The position numbers were made by a program, and so were the translations under genes. From positions 496,001 to 560,000 of the forward strand of contig CM039004.1 in assembly GCA_017499595.2 (NCBI GenBank): 64,000 nucleotides of DNA. Direction: 5' to 3'. The notes under the pieces were generated by a model. It saw only the letters and a list, made by a program, of their open reading frames with translations. It searched no databases and was not told the origin of the DNA. Positions 52,817 through 64,000 of the stretch are shown here, piece after piece. This DNA is from Psilocybe cubensis (Eukaryota). The stretch's first letter is position 1. Every line of letters begins with the position of its first letter.

Positions 52817-55469
52817 TGTGTCTGAGTAGGCTTGGGTTGTTAAAAAACTAGTAGAAGAGAAGCTATGTGACCGCTAAACTGAGATGTAGAGGCCATAATA
52901 CTTCCAGCTTTTATAACCCAGAATCGAGTCCAAACAAGTCAAACACAGAAGCAAGCTCGACTGAAAAGAGTTAGCGCAGAGACGTGCTAAGAGACTTTCC
53001 TGGGAATAATCTTGCAAGCGCTTGAGGCTGTCTTCCTGCTAATTCCATTACTTTCGGTCTTCCACCATACAATTTTTTATTTCCGCATCACAAATGGTAT
53101 CTATGCAGATGTTACATTGTAGGAAATTTACCAAAAAACTACCTTTTGATATTGCTTTAGGTTAAACCAAGGTTTTCTAAAACCGACATCTACAGGTTCA
53201 TCTATAGAGGTAACTTGACAATATCTTTTTCTCCACGATATAATTTCTAAGTTAGCGTACGAGTTTGCCAATGGTTAGGAGTGAAGTCTATCTTCTTTGC
53301 AGTACAAGATCCACCAATTTAATTCGGCAAAACCACAAGACGTCATACCATTGTTGTACATCGGTTTCACTTCATCTGCATCTTACAGTCTTGAAGAACT
53401 TTCCCTCTTACGTCTCGAAATGTTGATATTATCCCCAGTCAATGCAAGTTACTCTAGCCCAGATAAACACACTCTCATGTATCAGTTGAACTGAGGTGAG
53501 TAAAAATTGAACGTTGGTAGTTGTCTACGTTGTATTTTCAAGCCACCCTGGTCACCCTTTCCTTCCGGGTTCCAAACTTGGAATATGGAGTCAAATAGGC
53601 ACCAGAACCTTCCCAAAGAGCTACTATCCATTTATGCTCTAGAAGTTGAGAAGAAAGAGACATGAAACCGGGGACCAAAGGATTTTTCTGAAAATAATTC
53701 GTGCAGTGTAATTACACAGAATTATGTCCCCACATCCGGGCAGTGAATGCACAGCCAATGCTTCATCGTGTCTATTATTAAACTCCAGATCGAAGAGTAT
53801 AGCCCTTCAGTACTCCGTCTTGAAGGTTGAAGCTTTAATGGGCAATTGAATTTTGAATAGTCAATTCTAAAGGTGTGGTGTGAGACGCAAATTCGGCAGT
53901 CACTGCTTCCACATTTGCATATGGGCAGTGGAAATGACCTCGGAAAGAAATTATACTAGTCCCCTCAGGCCTCTCGTGCTGCTCGTCAATGAGTGCGTCG
54001 CCGTTGCGGCCATGCGCAGGTCCGGGCACGTCCGGTACCATAGATCTGTCTTGTACAAGGCATGCGCCTCTGCACGGAATACAATGAATTCGAATCCCGA
54101 GACAGCGTCACCCAGGCGTCACCATACCCAAGCATCAACGCTTCTCAAAGCGGTCCTTGTGGTCAAACGCCGACTTTCCGATATATCAGGCTATTTTTTC
54201 CTGAAATGCCGTCGATGTCCAAGGAGGGCAATGCGGATATGTTTAGATGTTGAATCATAATTCTCTCCGCAGCATGGGTTCCGGGAGTACCAAAATTGAC
54301 TGCCTCCGTCTTTGCCTCGATCCTCCCAACTCTTTCTCACAAAATTCATAAAAATCCGGGGCTCCGGGGCACGGTCAACCACGTGAAAGCTTTCGTTTAG
54401 CCAACGGGAATAATTTTGCAGATGGAGTAGAACGCTTATTAGAGAGTTATCCGCGGAGAGATTAAATGAGGTGTGTGATAGGTCAGGCTTTTGGAGGCTA
54501 TGTAGTATGCACAATTCTGTATACAGTGGGCCGAATTGTACGTTCCCTTTTCGTGCTTTGTGCACGCATAAAGCAGAAGTTGGAATTTTCGGTTCCGGAA
54601 TTGAAAAGCAGGTCACGTTCTATGTAGCGAAGTACAAATGGACGCCACAAAACCACATACCCCAACGAAAGGATGTCAACGCCTGAACGCGTGAACATCT
54701 ATAATGTCGACAGAAATATCTTGTAGCCAATCGCGATGAACCAATAAAAGTGTAAAGCAATGGTTTCCGTTCAGATCTTTCCCAAGATAGATAGGGTGAT
54801 AAGCAGGTCTTTGATGGCTAAAAATCAAAACATCAGTTCAAGTCAGTCGCCCAACTCTCATCAGAAATGCAACTTCAACTGCCGCGATAAAAGGACGCGA
54901 CATTAATGATGCTCCACATGAGAAACAAACACAAAAGGAGAAGGGCAGATCGTGGAAAGCGTTTTTGTTGTAAACATGTCAAGACAAAACGAGGACAAAC
55001 CTTACATTTGAAAATCAAAATGACCAAAACAAAAGCGAAGTGATTGAAACGCCCAACTGCAAGGCCGTAAAACATGGAACGGGGCAATCACAATGAACCT
55101 TTTTAGTATTAGTCTGCAGCAAATCTTCCTGCTCAGCTTCTTCAAGGCACCATCCATCATGAAATCAGGAAAGGCTAGGTCAACGGGGGACGGAGACGGA
55201 GACACGGTCATTTGCACTCATTTGCATTCACCAAGTCGGAGCTTCTATGCCATCGGAAAGAGCCGATGACGGGTGCGTCTGATGGAAGAACAAAGGTCGT
55301 ACCGAACCTGTTTGTTCGAAAGAGTGTTCAATTAGGATCCGAAATTGAGAATGAATTGAGAAGATATGACGATGAGGGTATAAACCAAAGGTAATGCATT
55401 TTTCTGTGTTGAACAGAATGAGATAGATTCAGGTTGCAGATGGTGAGGAATTCAACTAGACAACGGGCT

Positions 55470-57173
55470 TCATCCCCGCCAATAATTAGGCTTGACGAAC
55501 GGCATTGGAGTCAATATAGCCTTGCGCCGCTGCTTGCGAACCTCAACTTCGACTTCTGTGCCCTTCTTGTGCCATCCAGACTGGATATATCCCATGGCTA
55601 TGTTTTTGCCGAGAGTGGGAGAGGGGATTCCCGAAGTTACGACTCCTGGAAAGAAAGATGCAGAACAAGGTCAAATGAAAAACAGTTGTGAAGAAGTAGG
55701 TTGATGTGACTTGCCGATTTCTTCCTGTCCAAGTGGAGCGAATATTTTGGCACCCTCTGTGATGATTATTGAGAATCCGATCATCCTGCAGCCCACACAA
55801 ACTGCGACTCACGACGCGCCGGGGCACCTTCAACGACCAGTCCTACTCGTCGCCTCGTGGGCCCTTCTTTCAGTTGCTTCTGGATAATATCCGCTCCGAT
55901 AAAGCCACCGTCAACCTTGCGGTCTTTCCCTAGAGAATGATTTGTTGGACTTAAAAATATATTGCGAGGTGCTGATGAAAAGATATACCAATCACCCAAG
56001 ACAGCCCTGCTTCAACTGGGGTCGTGGTTTCGTCTAGATCATTGCCGTAAAGACACATGCCCGCCTCCAGTCGCAGAGAATCTCGTGCCCCAAGACCAAT
56101 CAGCTGAACTGGTGGTTTTAAAAGCATTGTGGCAACTTCTACGGTCTGGGATGGCGGTATAGAGATCTGGATGTACGTCAGATTGAGATTAATCTCCAAC
56201 CACGGAAGCCTTCTGCTCACCTCAAAGCCATCTTCACCGGTATATCCTCCCCGAGCAACGTGAAGATTGAAGCCTTCTATGGGAACAAAAGCGGAGGTCC
56301 CGAAGGTTAGTTGCTTGAGGTCGAATGGTGTCAAGCTTTGTAGATATGATGCCGCTTCGGGACCTTGCGTCATGAATTATCACACCTCAGTTAATTTTTT
56401 GAAGGAGGAGAGAAAAATCCTACCTTGAAGGGCAAGCAGACCCCAATTCTCAAGTACTTCGTGCTCTACAGCTTCCTCAGCAGACTTTCCTGCGTTCCAT
56501 TCTTCCAGCTTCTGGGCAAACCAGGCCAGATCCTCTTTTCGGCGACCTGCATTGGTCACAACGTAGAAAGCTTTCTCCGAATGCTTGGTAACAATGGTAT
56601 CGTCGATGATTCCACCTTGAGGGTTCAAAAGTACGGACAAAGTAGATGAATATGGTTTCAGTTGAGCAAGAGACGAGGGCGTGAGCCATTCCAAAAACTG
56701 GGTTACACTTGTTCCGCGGAAGCTGTGGTTGTTCGGCTCGGTGAAAACTGGGCGATAGAATGAAAAAGAGATATATTACTTTGACTGAACCATATGTCCC
56801 ACATCGAAAATACCGACGCTGTTGCGGACATGGTTGTGACTTGCGACTAGACACGTTGAATGAACTCAAAAAAAAAACCACCAGACATCGTGTGAAGACG
56901 TACCTTGTCCGACATCCCCGTACGATAGAGGCATTGAGTACCCAGCAAAGGGTACCATTTTGGCTCCATTCTTTAGATGAAAGTCGTAGAGCCCCGTCCG
57001 ACTCAACTGTGGAAAAGATAGCACTTAGTGTGGGGCATCGTTCAAATAAGCGAGTGGTCATGTACTTGTTCTGAAGTGCTTGCATACCCGCGGGTACAGC
57101 GTTTGAAGGCCCCGTATCTGAGAAACGTCGAAGGCTGCCTCCTTAAGAGTGAGATACCACGGACGCCGGCCAT
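55470..57173 (-). CDS. GCV1: Glycine cleavage system T protein (aminomethyltransferase), mitochondrial
   Basis: [66 protein letters not shown]. Confidence 0.95.
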
Positions 57174-57378
57174 GGTAACCATGAACCTTCAGTCAATGGA
57201 AAGGGGTTCAAGAACAAGAGGATGCAGCGGGCGGACAATCGGTTATTGTGACCCTAACCCTACAAGTACCATCAGACCCTGAACACCGCCGTATCCAAGC
57301 TCGTCGTTCCACACAACTACCACCAACTCAGATACTCCCCATTTTATCTTCTTTCTCCATTAACGGCAAACAGGAAGC

Positions 57379-59350
57379 ATGTCTCGCTTTGTTCGGGCCT
57401 CAAAATATCGGTATGAACGCGTTGATGCCACACAGCCGCCTTGACGATCTAATCGTGCTGTAATCATCTCAATGATCTAGCCACGTCTTCGGGCAACCAG
57501 CGAAGAAGGAACACGGAATAGAGAACGTTAAAGTCACCAATAGTGCCTGGGACACCAACATTATCTCCGCCTCTGCGGTGAGGGCATTCACCTCGTATAA
57601 GATGAACGGTGTTGCTGATGATGTGTGATTGGGTGAAAGGAATACATCAGCGTGAACTGGAACGCGTCAGGAGGAGGTGCCTTCGCCATCTTACCTTTGC
57701 CCTCACCTTTCCAAGCTGTCCCTGGACTACCCTACAAGCTACCCGAAACCATTCCCTTAGCGCGTAGCCACACTGCTGCGGTTCTTGATACCGACTGGTC
57801 TCCCCACCACGACTCCATCGTGGCATCAGGAGGTGAAGATGGAAAGGTCATGATCTGGAAGGTTGAGCCCTCGCTCTTCGAAGGCTGGGGTCAGGAAGGA
57901 TGGGTTGCTCAAGACTTCGACCCCGTACTTCGTATCGATGCCTCTCCTCGTAAAGTCGGGCAGGTATTATTCCACCCTACTGCCGAAAATGTCGTAGCAA
58001 GTTCGTCAGGAGAATACACTGTCAAGCTGTGGGATCTTGCCAACCCCGAAGACCCTCGAGCAGTCCTCACTGGCCATGGAGATATTGTGCAGAGCATGTC
58101 GTTTAACGCCACTGGCACACTCCTCGCAACCACTTCCAGGGACAAGAAGTTGCGTCTGTTTGACCCTCGTGTGGGAGGAGACCCGGTCAGGACAAACGAT
58201 GGACACACTGGTATCAAAGGTTCGCGTGTTGCATGGATGGGTGAGCACGACAAAATTGCAACGACCGGCTTCAGTAAGATGTCGGATCGTCAGGTCGCCA
58301 TTTGGGAGACTGGAGGATTGGGCAATGTCAAGACAATCTCATTGGATCAGTCTGCTGGTGTCGTGATGCCATTCTGGACCGATAACAATATTCTCTTCCT
58401 TGGTGAGCAAGTCGATAAATTTGGTAATTAATAACGTTCTGACATGTATCGTCACAGCTGGAAAGGGGTGCGTGTATATAAGTCGCTGAACTTTCCGCGT
58501 TCGCTGATCAAAGTCTAATAGAGACGGTAACATCCGTTACTATGAATATGAGTCCGACTCATTATTTGCTCTTTCTGAACATAAATCCTCCGAGCCTCAG
58601 CGCGGAATGTGCTTCCTCCCCAGGCGATCCCTGAACGTCGCGGAGTGCGAAATTGCTCGCGCTTATAAAGTTCACGGATCGTCAATTGAACCTATTGCCT
58701 TCATTGTTCCACGAAAGGTATGTACTGCTTTGATTGTTTTTTTTTTAAAAAAAATCTTAACTCATCATCTGTCGACAGGCCGATTCTTTCCAATCAGACA
58801 TCTACCCACCAGCACCCTCAATCGAGCCATCACTCTCTGCTTCCGAATTCTTCAACGGAAAAGTAGCGCCTCGCAAGCTTGTCAACCTCGCAGACGGATC
58901 GACCATCTCCGGACCTAAACCAAGCAGTGTTCCTACTGCCGCTCCCGTCCAGTCTCCCATCCAACCCACGCGCACTTTCAGCGCTGCGGCACCATCCCCG
59001 GCGCCTTTGGCCGTTCCACCCCCATCGGCGGTACCCGCTGCAGAACCTTCCCCAGTATCAGCCGCACCTGCACAGAAGAGCTGGGCACCATCTCCTTCCC
59101 CTGCTATCGAGTCCAGGACCCCTTCACGATCTCAAACAAGTGATTCCAAAGTATGTCGCCGTAGTATTTATTCAGATGAATATCTGCTTATTGTATGTAA
59201 AACCAATAGGATAGCTTCCTCGCGTCCGAGAATGCGCGTCTAGAAGGCGAGCTGCGCGAGGCACGCGAAAAAATCAGGAACTTAGAGCTTCAAGTCGAGT
59301 CTATTCGTGCCAACGCCAGAAAGGCTGCTCAGGCTCTATTGGACCAATAA
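57379..59350 (+). CDS. CRN1: Coronin (WD40 actin-binding protein)
   Basis: MSRFVRASKYRHVFGQ, VNWNASGGGAF, HTAAVLDTDWSP, IATTGFSKMSDRQ, EPIAFIVPRK, FQSDIYPP; Pro/Ser linker and C-terminal coiled coil. Confidence 0.95.
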
Positions 59351-59750
59351 AACAGCCGCTCCGACAATCGATACACATGATGTATCGAGCAGCGTTGATC
59401 GTCGAACGATCTGTAGAAAAAGGGAGAGATATGTTTTTTGAGGAAGTAACAAGTTATTTATTACCCGTTTCTGGATTTTTGAATTTCAAGGCAATGTTAA
59501 AAATATTTCTTGGATTTATTTCACTCTTTTCTCCCTTCTCTTGATAACAGGTCGAAGCAAACTCATCAACTCTTCCCGCGAATTCCATTCTTAACCAGCA
59601 GTCGTATACATCACGTGACACTATTGAATGTATCACCGAAAATGCTCTCATTGAAGGCAACATAGACTGCATTTTGCCGCAATGTTGGAATTTAGTCAAT
59701 ATTCAGAAAGTTTTGATATAGGAATTACTCGACTCACCGACTAACTTTCA

Positions 59751-59982
59751 CTAGATTGGAGTCGGCTCAGAGGTAATGGTCCACACAACAGTAGTGGTAA
59801 CATCCGTAACGTAGGGTGGGTCGGTGATGACCGCATGCACAATTCTAGTAGCCGTGAATACCCCGGTAAGTTGAGCCTAAGGAAAGGTAAGCTACTGCGT
59901 CGCCGTCGAGGAGGAGTGCCATATATACCGTGGTTTGAGAGGCAATCAGAAAGAACGAAACAACAGTAGAGGATAGCTTCAT
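59751..59982 (-). CDS. Small secreted Thr-rich peptide, 59 aa, one intron (59877-59928)
   Basis: Spliced translation MKLSSTVVSFFLIASQTT|AQLTGVFTATRIVHAVITDPPYVTDVTTTVVWTITSEPTPI*; 52-nt GT...CTTAC...TAG intron, phase 0. Confidence 0.7.
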
Positions 59983-61533
59983 GCTGAGGCTGGTGAGATT
60001 GTGTGTCGATGAAATTGGGTTGAGAGGTGAGATGCACTAAGCTTGGTTATTTTAATGACGAATTGTCTGCAGCTAAGATAAAGGAAAGGATAAGGATATC
60101 AGGGTAGTTGCCACCTGGTACACTTTTTGAAACACTTATTCTCAGAAGGCGGCCGTGTACATCAGGGGTGAGATGTATCCCTTCTTTTGGGACACTCATT
60201 AGTCCTTTGGTTTCCGTCTTCTCAATTTGGAAGCGCACAATGACCCCAATGCCCATAAAAATGCTCAGCAGACCTCAGTATAAATTGAATTACGGGTAAG
60301 ACTATATATCACACACATAAATGGCGCAACTTGAACCTGAACAGAATGTGTGGAATTTGACAGGTGTGGGTTTTGATGAACATCTTCTGCCCATAAAATG
60401 TTCAGAAAAGGAACTAGATATAATTCTCGGACTCAGTGTAACTCGCCAATATAGCGATGTCGCGCTCTTGGCAAAACTAAACAACTTTGGATGGTTCAAA
60501 ACAAGCATGACAAATATAACCCCAGGATCTTTGTTTTTTACAGATCAAAAAGGTCACTCGCAGACGGGCGCTTATTTGGTTGCTCTTCTAAACTTGAAGG
60601 TCTTTATATTCACAGAAGTGGTGTCAGTCTATCTAAAGTATAACCGACTAATTCTCTAATACCTGTTCCGCGTCATTGACATTACGGGATGTACCTTGAT
60701 CTATTTCAGTAAGCTTTAATGCGACGGAGGCGACCTCGATGACGCACTTTGTGACATCATAAACTTGACTAAAGGCACAATTTGAACACGATATTTCACA
60801 GGTTTACAGCATTCTACATATAGGACCTGTGGCGTTTAGTGACATTATCATACCTTGGCATATATTCATTTCACATCTGTAAGTACCTAATGTCAGTCTA
60901 CGTTGTGGAACTAGAGCACCAGAGTCTCTCACCACAACTGTGGGGAACATTGGTTAGAAGACATGATTTACTTGAGTTGGACAGAGGAGGCCACACAGGC
61001 CAGAGTAGTAATGGAAATCAGTCTTGACGATTTCTATCCCGAGTTGTTCTCGGCGGGACCGAGTTTGAGTATCGCCTGTGGGCGCTTCGGACATATCCGT
61101 TATGTCGGTTTCTCACGTTCTGCAATTGATCAGCGTTTATCATAGCAACCTATAATGGTTGTTCGTATGGATATAACCATACAATCTCCCAGCTGACTTG
61201 GGATAGTATGACGATTTCAAGGATTCGCACTAAAACATCTGACTAGATTTCTACCTTTTCCATTGTCAATTACAATCAGTGCCTTGCAGGAGTCTTAACG
61301 TTTCTCTCACCACAAAATTCCACTATCTGGGGACAATTGTGGCTCGTGCTAGCCAAGTAAAGGGATGAAAGGCCAACGGAATATTTTTTGAAAAAAGTCC
61401 AGGGTCTTTCACGCGAACCATGCGAACTAAATCGGTGTCGGATAGCTCGTTAATAGGGAATGCTTCACGATGCTAATTATAAAGGTAGGCGTCTGGATTA
61501 TCAATTCAACAGCAACAGCTTCCTCTCCCTCCA

Positions 61534-64000
61534 ATGCGTAGCCTTTTTGCAATCTTCGTGTCTATTTTACTTTTCCATGAAGTGTCAGCATCCATTGGAC
61601 CTGTTGCGACTTTAAACATTGCCAACCACAACATCGCGCCAGATGGGTTCACTCGTAGCACAGTACTTGCCGGAGGAACGTTTCCTGGACCTCTTATCGT
61701 TGGAAACAAGGTAAAGCTTATGAGATATACTGTTTTCACATACTCTACTGACAATCCTTACCAGGGTGATAACTTCCAACTGAATGTTGTGAACAGCTTG
61801 ACCGATATTACCATGGACAAGACCACGTCAATTGTAAGGGATACCCCACGTAACTTCGAGAAACTAGTCTAATGAATACAACATCATTTAGCATTGGCAC
61901 GGCCTTTTTCAGAAAGGAACCGCATGGGCGGACGGTCCCACCTTTGTGACTCAATGCCCAATTGCCAGCGGTGACTCGTTCCTTTACAATTTCTTTAGTG
62001 ATGAACAGGCAGGAACCTATTGGTATCACTCCCATATGTGTAAGTAGCCTTACCATATCACGGTACGGCTTTGTTTGCTCATTAAATATTTAGCCAACCA
62101 ATATTGTGACGGCCTGAGAGGTGCATTTGTGATATATGATCCGAATGACCCTCATCTAAACTTGTACGACGTTGATAATGGTAATTAACTTACTGTCATC
62201 GACATTCCTTCTTGCTGATTCAGAGCAACTTCATTGTTATCCAGAGAATACCGTCATCACTGTTGGAGACTGGTAAGCAACTGAGTCAATTCTACAATTT
62301 GGAATAATGCCTAAATAGAAGCTAGGTATCGTAAGTTACTTGCACCGCCCTGAGTCGAACGAGGCAGAAACGGTATTCATGCGATATAATGACAGATGTT
62401 CCTTCTCCTCAAGAGGGCCCAGTTCCGTGAGTGTCATAAATTTTTACATTTCCTAGAACACCATTCAATGTTTTATGAAGGACTCCCGATTCTACGGTAA
62501 TCAATGGAAAGGGCCGTTATGCTGGGGGCCCTGCTTCTCCACTTGCCATAGTCAACGTGGTCCAGGGTACCAAGTATGTACCGTCCAAAAATAACTCCCC
62601 ATCACATTTCCTGAAATAGGCATTTCAGATACCGGTTCCGACTTGTTTCCATTTCCTGTGATCCAAATTTCGTCTTTTCGATTGACGGACATACCATGAA
62701 AATCATCGAAGTCGAAGGAGAAAACGTTGTTCCTATTGATGTTGACTCCATACAAATATTTGCTGGTCAAAGATACTCGTTTGTCGTGAGTAACGTCAGT
62801 CGTATAACCTTTAGAACATCTCTAATTTTGGAACGTGATAGCTAAATGCGAACCAAGAAATTGACAACTACTGTAAGATTTTTGTGTATTCCGGAGTTAC
62901 TTTCTGACAAGTCATGACTCCGAAGGGATCCGCGCACAACCAAGTGTTGGGACATTAGGATTTTTAGGTGGATTGAACTCCGCAATTTTGCGATATAGCG
63001 GTGCGGCCGCCACATATCCTGCATTTGTCCTGATACCACCGGTCTCTACATCACCTCTGCGTGAAATCGATTTGCATGTAGGTGTCTTTCTTGTCGTAAT
63101 TCTATAAACAATTTCGCTGAATATTGTTATAGCCGTTGACAAATCCTGCTGCAGTACGTGCTTGATTTCCCCCATGGTGGTGAGAGTTTTAATAGAAATT
63201 GTTAAATTCTAGCCTGGATTGCCCACCATAGGTGGAGCAGACGTCAACATAAACCTTGCCCTTGGATTTGTGAGTTCAAACGACCATACTTTATTGACAT
63301 TATGATCAACTGAGTGATCTGGCTTAGAACCCCTTGACACTGCAATTCCTAGTGAATGGTGTTCCCTTTGTTTCCCCTAATGTCCCTGTCCTTCTGCAGA
63401 TTCTCAGTGGTACTACAAGTGCCGGTAAGGATCGATTTAACTGTTCCATTTATGTAAAAGTTGATGCGTTTGTGTAGCCTCACTTCTTCCCTCTGGATCC
63501 ATCTACCCACTTCCTCCAAATAAAGTTATTGAGATTACCATTCCCGGCGGCCTATTGACCAGTGTAGTGGGTGCTCCGGTAAGCTCTTGAACTTCCATTC
63601 TTTTTCATGGTTTAATTTTTCTCTATGACATCGGTATTCAGCATCCCTTCCATCTTCACGGGGTGAGTAATTGAAGCTTTCAATCCGAAGCATTTTTTTA
63701 ATTGGGTGCCATCAGCATACATTCAGCGTCATTAGGAGTGCTGGAAGTCTTACCTACAACTATGTGGACCCAGTTCGGCGTGATGTTGTCAGCACAGGTA
63801 TTCTTGGAGACGATGTTACCATCCGCTTCGTGACCGACAATCCGGGACCTTGGTTCCTCCATTGGTAAGACTTCCCTCTTGTAGCTTTGGTAAATTAACA
63901 ACAATTCTAACGTCTTATGTGAAGCCACATTGACTGGCATCTTAATACGTCAGTAATTCTCTTCGTCATATTAGCACATATGAACATATTCACTGACGAG
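61534..64000 (+). CDS. Laccase C (very intron-rich, truncated by the right edge)
   Basis: [59 protein letters not shown]. Confidence 0.95.

Noticed and set aside
53835-54700. Minus-strand ORF fragments (141 aa, 68 aa) as a gene or pseudogene
   Set aside because: No family motif recognised and frames are interrupted; cannot be supported without a homology search
60321-60659. 112-aa plus-strand ORF
   Set aside because: No recognisable domain or supporting splice structure

Overview
Intron-rich fungal genomic DNA, most likely an Agaricales basidiomycete (about 50-60 nt GT-AG introns, class I hydrophobins, multiple laccases). Left to right it holds: a partial Old Yellow Enzyme gene, an aldehyde dehydrogenase, two tandem GNATs, an RCC1+PHD protein, a large SRA/AlkB-like protein that appears catalytically degenerate, ARV1, an orphan acidic multi-exon gene ending in a PAM2-like motif, cytidine deaminase, a U5 snRNA, squalene epoxidase, three MYND-finger paralogs, an F-box gene, a single-pass membrane protein with a 2.15 kb intron, three laccases, a MAPKK, two hydrophobins, glycine cleavage T protein, coronin and a 59-aa secreted peptide. 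The most striking unexplained structure is a ~760 bp non-coding element (47433-48195) between two MYND paralogs. It has imperfect inverted termini, a degenerate telomere-like tract, and 12 palindromic 14-bp repeats (ACCACTnnAGTGGT) at a 35-bp period, separated by variable 21-nt spacers in mixed orientation. Gene boundaries were read by eye, splice models are manual, and no database searches were run.
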